64,000 bases of DNA from Macrostomum lignano. Its lineage: Eukaryota. Where the stretch lies: positions 62,001-126,000 of the forward strand of contig NIVC01002451.1 of the NCBI GenBank assembly GCA_002269645.1, given 5' to 3'. Under the pieces are notes generated by a model. The model searched no databases, had not been told where the DNA came from, and worked only from the letters and a program-made list of their open reading frames with translations. The position numbers were made by a program, and so were the translations under genes. Below, piece by piece: positions 26,056 through 40,000 of the stretch (the first letter of the stretch is position 1; each line of letters starts with the position of its first letter).

Positions 26056-26991
26056 CAGGCAATGGCCGCCCAGCTGACGGAGGATCTGCAAAACTTTTCT
26101 GTAAAGGATCTCTCTTGCAAGTTGTAAAACTCATTCTACACCACACGGGGGCATACAGTTACGTAATCATTACTCTGAGCAATCCTGTCACCACAAAAGT
26201 AATGGTATAGCATCGTTTATTTAGTTTCGCAAACGTTCGAATTACAATGTTCAATTCAGAAAATTCCTTAATCCAAGAGAAGTTGCTTAGTGGCACAAAA
26301 TGTGGCCACTTTTCCATATGTTGCTGCGTATGTGTATGGTTTCGAATAGGTAAAAGGACTCAATCTGACGAGCATTTTAAGTTTAATAAGTTGCTTTTAC
26401 CTAATTTAGTGCTTTCTGTATAATTCTCTTGATACCCAGTGAGCGTTAGAAGAATTAAGCAGAAAATTATAGAATATGTTTCATACATCGTCATATTCAT
26501 ACAAAAATACACAAAGGGCTTGTTTAACCGGAGTTGGAATGCTATAGGCAGGCATAATTCATCTGTTCCCAAAATAGAAATTTGGGTGTACTGCACAACT
26601 ATCACATAGAAATTTAGAATACATGTACATTACGTGCATACAGCCTACCCACTGTTTGTGTGTCCCGTGACTTGGTCATTACTAGAGAAAAATGTCTCTC
26701 CTTCTCTCTAGTTCAGAATTCACGAAATGGCAGACAAGATAGGAGAGAAGTAGAAGGAGAGAGAGGGCTTCACACAGCAGTGCGTCGACAACAAGCGTAT
26801 ACACCCACACAACTGTACACCCGCACTACAGGTCTGCAAACCCAAATCTTTTATAGGCAGGCTTCACAGGAGTCTCAGGCTTAACTAAATTATCATTTTA
26901 GCAAGCTGTTGTTTTGTAATAGAATTATTTATTAAACCCCAGCTATTTTGTCACTTTTAGCTCCTTTCAGCTCCTTACTTTACTTGCGGCA

Positions 26992-28144
26992 ATGGCGTCG
27001 TGTAAGTAGCTCTTTTGTCTTCGTGAATCATTCATGATTGGGACACAAAAATGACCATGAAAGTTCTCCAACACGTGTAATTTCAGCATCCAAAAAGAAA
27101 CTGGAGTCGCAGGTGTCCCTGGACATGCGCGAGAATGACTCAAAACAACTACTGGCCTTTCTGAATTGCGCCAAGTGCCGCGACTTGGCATGCGACGCTG
27201 TTGAGACCCATTGCTGCAGAGTGCTGCTCTGTGCTAAATGCCTTGAACAGCGAGCTAGCCAGTGCCCGAAGTGCTCGGAACCATGCAGCGCATCGCCGTG
27301 CCACCTGGCCAGACGCCTGATCGGCATGCAGCCATGGTGCTGCTCTGAATGCGGCAAGGAGACGAACCGGTCTGAGCAGGCCGACCACCTGCTGATCTGT
27401 CCGCAGCGGGTCCGGTCGTGTCCAGCCAGCGGATGCAGCTTCACCGGCCTCACTGACACGTTCATCGATCATCTTATCCAAGAGCACAAAGATGCCCTGA
27501 TGAAAGAAGTCGACAAGCTGTTCCCACCAGTTAAGAGGCAAAGGCGTTCTTCTGACTCAAGCGAGTCTAGCAACGACTCTGATAGCAGCAGGCGCCGTGC
27601 GATGGTCTTGCGCTACCAACGGTACAGAGAAAGAATGCACGATTCCGCTATTCGGGAGCGCTCGCGCGTCCGTTTAGCTGTCACTGGCAAAAACTACTGC
27701 ACGGGACCGCTCAACGGACCGCCTTGCAACTGTTGCGACGGCAGGTGCGGGCCAGACAACGGATGCAACTGTGTAGACTGCATGCGTCTCGACCTTGCTA
27801 GCTTCAACATCAGCAGGCCGCTAGTGCTGATTAACCGAGAGGGCGCCGTGGCGCGAATCAGCTTACAGACCGGCAAGTTCTACTGCGGCCGAGCTGTGAT
27901 GGGCAACGACCCGAGAACTGACGGATTCTGCGGTCCCAACGACGGCAACAACTGTCACGCCTGTTACAAGCTGGATCAGCAGCTGCGCAATCGCTACGCC
28001 GACATTGCCGCAGAATGGGACCTGGACGGACTCGGTGTGAGAGACGTCATAGACATGACCGAAACAAACGAAAACGACGACGACGAGTACGATTTTGATG
28101 ACGACGACGGCCTGGTCGCGATGGGTCTTGACGTCATCGATTGA
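26992..28144 (+). CDS. RING-like + TRAF/SIAH-type zinc finger protein with a duplicated Cys-rich C-terminal module, about 355 aa
   Basis: Exon 26992-27001 (ATGGCGTCGT|gtaagt), an 85-nt intron, then exon 27087-28144 in matching phase. CAKC..HCCRVLLCAKC..CPKC; CSECG..HLLICP..CPASGC..HLIQEH; two YC..DG.CGP..G.NC..C..LD repeats; acidic tail. Confidence 0.8.
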
Positions 28145-28846
28145 GAAAGAGGAGTGAAGTTCTCCCGATTGTAGTACCTCTTTGAATTAATTTTTTTAAA
28201 AGAATGCCTGACGCGGTCGCTCCTAAAGATTAAACAAATCTGGCTAGTTTTTTCAAGTTTTTAATTCACAAAACTTTTCCTAATTATGCTGGATCGGCAT
28301 GCTAATGTAATACACTCAGAATGACGCGATTGATGTACATATGAAGATCAAGTCTGGTTGCCCACCCAATATTCGGATTCTTCCAGTTTGTTATTATAAA
28401 CCAGAATAATATATATCTTATATACACTATCATGATGAAGAAAGATACCGCAAGATTCGCTGGTTTCGGGGTAAAAACGTAAATAATTAACAAAAGTATC
28501 GTTCATTGTTTCTTCTTTTCCCCCACCATTGTATGTTAAAACAACCGTGGTAACTTTTTATCTTCAATAAAATCTTCCAAAACGTCTAATTAAAGCTTTG
28601 CTGACCAACTTAAATATATTTTGACAGCAACATAAATTTTGTTTAAGCAAACGATGTAGCGTTGTTGCGAGCGGCGTTATTGGCAGTTAGATCGGGCGGT
28701 GAATGACCAGAGATACTACTAAAAGTAGGACTTTCAGACACTAGCAATTTCTGAAATGCAAGGCCAAATGGGAGTTTCTGAGACGCCATGGGTTTCAATG
28801 GATACGAATGGATCGTAGTTTCTGAGATGTCAACAATAGAAAATGG

Positions 28847-29082
28847 ATGTGAACTTAAGAGTCAAAATGGAGCCTAAAGCATTGGGTCCCGATTTCTCTA
28901 CGTCAATCCCTTCATTTGGAGCCAAATAGCTCCCGTTATGCCGAAAACCCGACCACTTTAGCATTTGGGGATCTCTATGGGGATAAATGGGATAAATAGG
29001 GGTTTCATGTGAACTTAAGGCTCCAGAATGGAGCCTGAGGCATTGGGTCCCGTTTCTCTACACCAATCCCTTCATTTGGAGC
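28847..29082. repeat. Two ~76-bp imperfect direct repeats 160 bp apart
   Basis: ATGTGAACTTAAG...CATTTGGAGC at 28847 and 29007. Confidence 0.7.
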
Positions 29083-29785
29083 TTCTCGTAATGCTTAAAT
29101 GACGAGATGTCCATGATGATCAGATGACCAGAGCGTTAGCATAGTCCTCAGAACCATCAGTCCCAGGACGACCACACCACAGCCTCTGCTGAAGCGGCCC
29201 CTGAAGTGGCCCCTGCCGCGGGGCATCTGCACGTCAAACCCAGCGGCCCGCCGCCGACAACGTCAGACGCCCCGACTATGGACCCAGCCGTCTCATCCCC
29301 GATCACTGCCTCGTCATCTGCTGCACCTCTCATCGACGTCTTCCACGACTGCGATGATGCAGCAGAATCAGTTGCTCATACAACAGCTCACCGCTAATAC
29401 CCATCCTGCCCGACATCAGCATCGTCGTCCGCTGCGACTGAGCGCGATCCGGCCGCTCTCATCGGATCCAATGTCCTTCAGATGTCCGACATTCGACGGC
29501 ACGTACCCTGCCGCATTCCCCAGGTTTTTGGGACGCTTTCCTCTTCAGCGTCGACCAATCCAGTCTCAACGACGTCGACAAGTTCGAGGCACTCCGCGGT
29601 CTCCTATCCGGCCCCGCCCTCAGGAAGCTGGGCGCCCTCGACACCTGCCAACCCAACGCCTACGCCGAGGCCTGCCGCGTCCTCCAGGCAAACTACGCCG
29701 ACGCCCAGGAGCAGAAGAACACCTGCTTCCAATGCCTCCTCGCACTATTCTGCTGCTCCGCCTCCGATTTAGACGAGCTCGAGAC

Positions 29786-31426
29786 CAGGGACAACTTAAA
29801 CTACCGGGACGCGAAACAAGCCAAATCATGGCGAAAAAAGTTGGGGGCTCGTTCATTCTATGGTCCTATAGCTGAGATACTTTAATTAGATTGGAAAATG
29901 AAATTAGAATTGGTGCAGAAATGTCGTGAAAAATTGTACGTGAAAAATGGCGTACAATACTTGCGACAAGCAGTCATAACAAAGTATAAGGGAACATAAC
30001 AAAAGAGTAAACACTTGTAAGAAAAACTGATGTGTGCGTAAAAGAAAACGAACAGCGCCTGATTACTTCACAAAGTATTTCTAAGCTTCCGCAGTTTTCT
30101 TTCGTGCGACGTTGTTGGAATCGGGGTAATTTTTGACGAGCGCCTCACCAAGCCTTTAAAAAAATGTTTGTAAATCTTCGAGTGACGCCGCTGATAGTAG
30201 ACTCCTTTTCGGTGGAAAAGTAGTACTCGCCAAGAAAAGAGAACAATTTTTGCACGCGAGTCGCGCATGTTGGCGAATGAAGAATAAAGCAGCTGTAACA
30301 CAGGCATGAAAAATCGAACAGCCATTGACGAGGATGACACAGTTTTCCACATGACACTTCCTCTGTGAATTCACTTGCAGGAATGCTGTCATCAGAAATA
30401 ATATCCGTTCCGTTGATGCCCTCCTTTGCAGCTGCATATCATTTAAGAGCGGAAGAGTTTGTTTTCGGAATTGATTCATAGTTTTCAGAGTTGTAGTTTG
30501 ATCTGGCTTTGTCTCTTAACTACAGGCGCATGATTCTTAGAGCTTGTTAAAAATAATAGAAGCCCTTTAAGCAGTTGACTTACTTTAGTATTGGTTTTTG
30601 CATGCTAAGTGAGACATTTTTCAAGCAATCTGAGACTGAATAGCAAAAACACTATTGTCTATGGCCACCCCTCGCTGCAGCCCATCTTTTTGGGATCGCC
30701 TTGCAAGCAAAGTGAGAAATTTTTTTAAAGCTAAGTGAGAACCATATTAGTCTCATTTTCGATGGTCCAAATTTTCACCAAGGGATTGAGATACCTGAGC
30801 AGTTTGAGGATCTCATTCGTCTGCAAATTTTACCGGCGTACTCGCCGTTTTTGAATCCCGTGGAGATGGCGCACAGCGCTCTTAAGAATGAGATTAAGCG
30901 TCGCCTTGTAGAGCCCGCAATCGTGGCTGAGGAAAACGTTTGCCCACCAGGCATGACACGAGATGATTGGCGATACATGCTGATGGATCGGCTTGGAAGA
31001 GAATCGCTGCATGTCATTACTCCGCACAAGATCGCAGGCTGGGAGCTCCACTGCACTCGAAAGTTTGCTCAGTGTATCAACATGCAACCCTTTATTTGAA
31101 CGCTTATAACATTATCAACAATTTTTGTACCACTTGTTTTGTTGTGTTCCTGTGTATCCTTTTCTAAATATATAGTTTCCGACAGTACATCATTTTGTAA
31201 TTTCGACTCAGATTCTTCTGATTCGAAATCTTAATAAATCTTAATAATAAGTCTTAATAAAGAGATTTACCCGATCAAAACGTTTCGATAGTAACTGCAT
31301 ATAAAATATTACATTACATTACATTAGACATTACATTTTGCACAGCCATAGACAAACAAACGAGCCCCCAACTTTTTTCGCCATGATTTGGCTTGTTTCG
31401 CGTCCCGGTAGTTTAAGTTGTCCTTG
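29786..31426. mobile_element. Non-autonomous DNA transposon, 1641 bp, with hAT-type ends
   Basis: 68-bp TIRs with one mismatch (CAGGGACAACTTAAACTACCGGG...); perfect 8-bp TSD CTCGAGAC at 29778-29785 and 31427-31434. Confidence 0.92.
30740..31099 (+). pseudogene. IS630/Tc1/mariner transposase C-terminal fragment carried inside the hAT-type element
   Basis: One frame reads IFDGPNFHQG...LPAYSPFLNPVE, with D at 30761 and E at 30863 (33 residues between), matching the YSPDLNPIE motif. Confidence 0.75.
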
Positions 31427-34400
31427 CTCGAGACCTTCACCGACCGCCCTCCGACTCGCTACCGGCTAGCTCCTCCGCCTTGGCGAGCTCGCCTGCACAA
31501 TCGACAGCCACGTCTACGTCATCTGGAGCCGCCTCCCGATCGAGCTCCAGAACGAAATCCGCAACATCCATCCTGAAAACGGGCAGCCTCTCATGCCAAC
31601 TATGGCACAGCTCCAGAGCCACCTTGACTGCAAGCTTAGGACTCTCAGGGCTGCCGCCACGACTACACCGACTGCGCCCTTTGCTTCCGCTGGCTTCCTG
31701 AGCAACACTGAATCTCCGCCGCCAACAGCGCCCTACCCCAGTGATCGAAGCCAGTCCACCACTCCTCGCGCGGGCGCCAACCCATCGACTCGTCCCTCAG
31801 AATGCTTCGCTCAGACCTCCAACCAGCAGCAGCATAAGCCCAGACGCCCACGCCTATATTGCGACAGCTCCGAACATGCCACCATATCTTGCTGCAACAT
31901 TCGCAAGCCCGATGAAAATAGTTCGGAACAAGAACCTTTGCCGCAACTGCCTTCGCCGACACCACACCAGGGACTGCCGCGACAACCGACACTGTCTTAC
32001 GTGCGATGCCCCACACCAGCTCGCCTAAGACAGGCCAAAACGCCCACATTAATTCAGGTGTCCTGAATTAACTCCAAAGAGACAGCCAACTCCCTAGTCT
32101 CTGCCGCAGCCTACGGAGGCCTCGTGCCGACCATCATGGCTACCTTCCGGGCCGCTCGGTCGACTGCACAATTCTTCTCGACTCAGGCTGCTCATACTCG
32201 CATCTCGACGGCACCGTTGCCCACAAGCTTCGTCTCAAAGCCGCCAAGAGACTCACGATAGCTATCTCTACCTTCCACTCGGAATCCAGGCGTCAGGTTA
32301 CTGCGGACCTCGTCAGTTTCGACCTCCAGGCCCCAGACAGCCGTCGCTGAACAATCACAGCCCTCACCACCGACAAGCTAGCAGCCCCAATCTATATACC
32401 AGCCGTTAAGCTCCCTAAAGATGTCCTTAACACCCTCGACAGTTGTCAACAACGGCGTCTGCAACCTTCCGCCCAACCACGATACAGACGGTACCCTTGA
32501 CCTCATTCTCGGTGGCGACGTCAACCAGTTACTCATCAGCCCTGTCATTCGTGCCCTCGCTCTTTCACCGACTCTACCGGCCTACCTGACGCCCTTCGGA
32601 GCCATCCTCAACGGTGCTATCAATGACACGAGTGCCCGCAGCATCAACAGCTTCCTCGGGTCCTCGCAGGCCTCTCAGTTCCTCGTCGCTAACACCTACC
32701 TCAACATCAACAACGATAACCTTCGCTTCAAGCGGCTCCTCGATCGCATGACTGACCTCAAGTGCTCGGAATCGCGAAGGACGCTGGGAAAGCATGGCCT
32801 CAAAGACGACGAGCTGACGACGCCTTCTCGCGTCCATTACCCGTGACTCCGATGGCCGCCTCTCCGTCGACCTGCCATTCAAAGACGGCGATGCACTTCT
32901 TCCATCAAACTTCGGCCAGGCCTTTTGGCCTTTCTTCAGGCTACTCACCGACGTCGTATGAGCCTTCCCGAGCGCGACTAGAGGGTCCTGAAAAAAACAC
33001 AATAAAAAAATTAAACTCAAAATAACGCAGGCCAAGGTTTCAAAGCACAGCAGTTTTTTAAATTGAATCATGAAATCAACATTTGTCTACGGTTAAAATG
33101 TACAATTTTAATATGGCCAAACGGGTATAAATAGATTATAGTTCCGTTTATTTTAGTCTATAGTCTGAAGCATAAGCTTCAGCCAAGATCGAGTCCTCTC
33201 TTCTTTTGCTTCAGACCAAAGAAATAAATAACCGGTAATAACCTATAATATATATTTACATATATACAGAATTCTGTATTTTCAGAATTCTGTATTTACG
33301 AAGCCAGCACAAGCCAGCACGCACAGGTACGAATACAATTAGTAGTGCGACTGCCCCACAGACTCTGGCGGAATCCAACAACACCTTGTTTGGTAACTGC
33401 ACACACGCTATGCTGCTGTTTTACAAGTGGCTCGCATAATAACGCATTTCTATATTCCAATGACAAGGCAAGGGTTTGATTTTCTCCTATATTTACAGCT
33501 CTTGCATGCATGCATAGTTAGTTAGGCAACCGCCTGGTTCGGTCGGTCACGGCTCCCAGGAAATGCACATGTATATTAAAGCGCTCGTTCCGCTTCAGTA
33601 GAGCACGCTGCTGCAACCAATGTGCTACAGGTAGGTTCCCCCTTCCCTGGCTGCAATTTCACTTGCTTTCGAAAAAGAAATTTTCTGATTTGCTAAAGCC
33701 AAACTCATTTGCATGCACCTTTTTATTTGAAGGCCGCAACTCTACCAAAAGTCGGAACTGTTTCGCATTCCCGAGGTAGCGAAAGAATCCATAGCGACTT
33801 TGACTACTCCTTCGAAGACTTCACGACATTAGTCGCTTTAACGACTAATCCAGGTAAGATAGTGATCAATTCGATGTTTTATTATAAAAATATAAAAAGC
33901 CTGGTAAATTTATTGACAGGTAGCGATTTACCTGAATTGGTAAGAAGCATGCCAATTATTAGCCTAGCTAAAAGGAATCAATCAAGCAAATATTAAGGCT
34001 TTTAATTTTTCTGGGTCATCGAAATTTCTGATTCGTCTTTAAAAAACAACAAAAATAATAATTGTTTCTTTTTTGCTAAAATAGAAGCTTTTGGGCTTTG
34101 AAAGCAATTTTTAACCAAATTTGCATCAATTAGTTATAAATTAATCTCCATACAGATGGTACATTAGCATAGATAGAACGCTTTTCTAGAGATTTTAAAG
34201 ATTCTGCTTCAGTTTACGTTGCTTAACCTTCAATTAAAAATTTTTAAAGTAGGTCACATTTTTGTTTAAATTAATTAAATTGCAGACAAAGAGAAGTAGA
34301 CACCAAGGGTAACGGAGTTGGGTAAGCATTTTTATTTCATATTGTGCGTTTCGGGCACTATTTCTATATGCATTTTGCGGACGTTTGTAACGCTAAACAA

Positions 34401-34564
34401 ATTCATAGCCGGCTACAGGAACATCATCATCTTGAGCAGCTATTTCGTTATTCTTGTTGGCAAACTCAACGCAATACTCGTCTAGTAACTCTTCATTGGC
34501 GCTAGCATACTCAATGTCTGTCGCTGTCACCACTGTTTAGAACAGGACAACCTTTCATATTTGC

Positions 34565-36403
<1,839 letters not shown>

Positions 36404-37028
36404 AGGAAATCGCTAAAATGCTTGGAAGAAAAAATGATCTCGGCTGACTGACCAGAGTAACGAAATCTATACAACCTTAGCAGAGACTTTTTTCCTTGAG
36501 TTTTTTCACGAGCTTAAAAGAAATAGATTTATGACAATTAGCTCGTAGCTCGTAGCCCGCATTGGGCGAGAAACTTGTACTGCTTGAGTATGACGTGAGA
36601 TAATTGACTAGGAAAAGTTTTTAGTGTCTGCATGTGTGACGAAATTGCAAATTGTACTCTAGCTTAAGCTTTAGGCAACTTACCTAAGTTGCCGCTACGC
36701 TCGTACATGTAATTTCTGTCAATTTCCAAAGATCAATTTCCAACTCACTTGTCCTACTAGTGAATCAGAATTTACCGAGGCCCCCAAGGGGGGAAACGAA
36801 TGTGCTAGTCCTCGTATACTAAATGATAATAGTAATAATGATGAAGTTCTTGCAACAACAATAAATAAAAGGGTCAAAAACAAGGCTGGGAGGTCCCTCA
36901 ATAGTGGGAATGCTAAAACTTACCTTATTCAAAACTACGATATTGTGAGATTGAAAAATATTGCCAGTTCCGTAATGCTATCTGTATCTGATGTGTTTCT
37001 GTTGTATTTTCGCCGCCTGACAGGCACC

Positions 37029-40000
37029 ATGCCTGGCGCCGGGGCGGGCAATGGCCACCTCGAAGGCTCAAGGAAATGCAGCTCAGACCAGGACTTGTAC
37101 GCATTTCTGGCTGACTGCGAGCTGGAGCACTACTACACAGCCATGGTGCACTCGCTGAAAGTTACCGGAGTAGCCCAGCTGAAGTACGTTGAAGACCCCG
37201 ATCTGGCCAGCATCGGCCTGACCAATCCGGAGATGCGCCGGCTTCGGAAGCAGTTCCGGCTCCGGTGTCCACAATCTGCCGTGGACCGGCTTCGCCTGCG
37301 GCTGGCCAGGGCGCGCGGCCTCCAGCCCAGACAACGACCGTCGGCGACACCCGAAGCCGAGTTCAGTCGAGTTAGTAGCCGAAACTCGCGTCTCATTCCA
37401 AGATATCAACTTCAGCTGGGCAGGCAGATTGGGGAGGGTGACTTCGCCAGAGTACACCAGGCCGTTTGGCGGCCCTCTGGCGATCGCGGCCTCTGGCTCC
37501 AGGTAAGCCATGTAAAACGGGCTGCAAGTGGTTTTTAGGCATCGAAAAGTAATCTGAACAATTACAGACAACCAATTTAGTTTCGTAGTTTCACGTGATT
37601 CGCTTAGTTAATAGGCTTTGTTGTTATAGCATCGTGGTCTGTTGATGTATGCCCGTGCAGCCAGTGGACCTCCCAGAAGACGTTGCACAGCTTCGGTCAC
37701 TTCCTGGCGTCTTTTGCTGGCGATCGAAAGTAGCGGCGTGCGTTGTCTAATCACCAGCTTCCAGCCGAGCTCTGACGACTGCTGAATTTTAATTTTAGCC
37801 TCCCCTGCTGCGTCTTCCATCCACTGTCGAGCCCGGCTGGGAGCGTTTCGCGCGCGCCACCGACTTCGATGTCAACGTGCTGGCGTCTCCTTGACCGAGA
37901 CGCCTGCGCCAGCCGTGTCATGCCTAACCACCAGACTTTCCTCTGAAGCCGGTCGATGGACTTCCTTTGGCCGAATTGACCCTGGCGGACTCAACTGATG
38001 GTCTGCTGCCAAAGTGCTGCAGATACAACGATATTTCTGCAACAACGATCTTGCTGCCCCTGAGCACCACGCCTTCAAGCATCCAGAGCTCTCCCTTGAG
38101 CGAGTGGAAGCTGCCGGGCTGGGCTGTAGCGTAGGAGCGTCAGTTGCTAGTCGCCAGTAGTTTTGAGACTTGACTTTTAGTGCGGACTTGACAGTTTTGA
38201 GCTGCTCTAGCGATACTCTGTCCTGGGCTGGTTGCTCATATTTTAGAGCATCGGTCGCCTCTCTGACCAGTGCCTGGGCCTGCGTCCCCAGACTTAGCAG
38301 CTGCAGCGTTGTTGACTGTTAAAGTCGCACAGCCGAGCACTCTAGTGCTCCTTTTTGGGACGATGATAAAGCTGGCGCGCTGGACCATCGAGCCGACCGA
38401 ACGAAACCTGCAGACTCCCAGAGTCGCAGAGGTTTTGCTGAACGAAATCAGAAGATCTTCTTTGTTGTCGGCTGCAGGCCTGGGGGTCCCGGAATTTTCA
38501 CCAGGCTGCCTCGGTGAAGATGTTACAGTCGGCGCTAGAGTCGCTTCCACCAGCACTGTGGCAAGAGCCGCTGCCGCGGCTTCGTCGGAGACCATCACTG
38601 TCAGACAGAAGGCGTCGTCCTCTGCAGCTGAACTTTCGCTGCTGGCCCATAGAGCTCGCACATCCTCCGACTAGAAAAGGAAGGCATTGGCGGGCGATTT
38701 GGCTTGGCTTGCCGCATCGGTTTCAGATCTTGCCGAATTCGTCACAGCGAATGCACTTTGGCTGCGTGCGATCGGCTGTCTGTGTGGCTGATCTGTGCGG
38801 CTGCTCTGGCGGCTGGACTCGCGCTTCCGCGCCTCCGCTGCCTCCGTGGTCTTGCCTGGCCCAGGTCTCAGCAGCCTCCTGCGGATCTGTTGGGAGCTAC
38901 AGCCGGTAATCAACTAATCAGCGATTAGTGACTTCTGAAGGCTTTCGAATTTATAGTAGACCGCGGTATCGTTGAGTCGCCTCAGCCAGTCGTCCAGGGA
39001 TTCTCTGGTCTGAATGCTGGATCTACAGCCGAAACTGATAGCGAGTGAAGGGCAGTTTGAGCTGGCTGATGGAGTGCTCATTGAGATCATTTACGAGCTT
39101 GTCGGCGTCATCACCGGCGTCCAGTTTCAATGGTCTGTAGGTCCTCGCCCGATGTTTAGAACAGGAGTTGGCGCCGTCGCTTCTGGTCAGAGATGTCAGC
39201 GGCTGCGGTGAACAGCTGGAACTGAGCCAGCCAATTGCTTCACTTTGTATGCGCCGCTTGGGGCTCTTCGCACGAGTCCAATGGGGGCGGGTAGAAGTTG
39301 GCCTCTCATGGCCGTATATTCGAATACGTACGCAGGTACACACTCACACAGGGTAACGGCGGCTTCGACCTTCTTGTTGTTTGACGTGTGTAGTTTGCAG
39401 ATTGGTACTCACGAGAGTAGCATGAGTTGCACAAAAAAACCACAGCGCGAAGATCGAGCCTAGGAACTTTGGCGCAAGGAGCCAGACGTGTCACTCCGGT
39501 GTCTCTATGCTTCTACTTTAAGTAATATATAGCAAAATTTCACCACAGGTGGCAGCAAAGGTCTTTGTCAAGGCCCGACTCGTTGAGATTAATGGTGACA
39601 CTTTCGATGCTGTGACTAACTTTCTAAGCGAGGCTGCCAAGCTCTGCGACATCGAGCATCGAAGCTTGACGCGTATGTTTGGCGTGTGCGAGCTCAGCGA
39701 TGATAGTCTGGCGCTGGTCACGGAACTTGCGCCCCTGAGGTATCAATCTATTGCTTAACTTATAAATTAAATCGTCAAACGATTGATAATAATTGCCATT
39801 CAATAAAAAGGTCTCTACTCGAGTGCATCCGTGAGCCGGCCCTGCGACCCAGTTTTCATCCCGGCGTACTGTGCGACGCTGCCCAGCATATTGCGGAGGG
39901 CATGTCCTATTTGGAGAACCGGCAGATTGTCCATCGGGACCTGACGGCGCGCAATATCCTGGTTTTCAGCTCGTGCTTCGTGAAGATTTGCGACACCGGG

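Larger units (their letters stand above)
29130..32985 (+). mobile_element. Degenerate BEL/Pao LTR-retrotransposon relic (gag to protease region), interrupted by a DNA element
   Basis: Frameshifted gag FRCPTFDGTYPAAFPRF..DAFLFSVDQSSLNDVDKFEALRGLLSGPA (DUF1759-like); zinc knuckles LCRNCLRRHHTRDCRDNRHCLTCDAPH; DLILGGD..TPFGAILNG. No RT and no LTRs recognised. Confidence 0.8.

Noticed and set aside
28847-29082. LTR of the BEL relic
   Set aside because: No TG...CA boundaries, no clear PBS, and no second copy at the other end of the relic
33580-33610. U6-like or other small RNA 5' hairpin
   Set aside because: Only a few bases resemble U6 and the rest of the snRNA is absent
36719-36901. Signal-peptide-like 60-aa minus-strand ORF
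   Set aside because: Its hydrophobicity follows from T-richness, and it could not be spliced in frame to the downstream candidate exons
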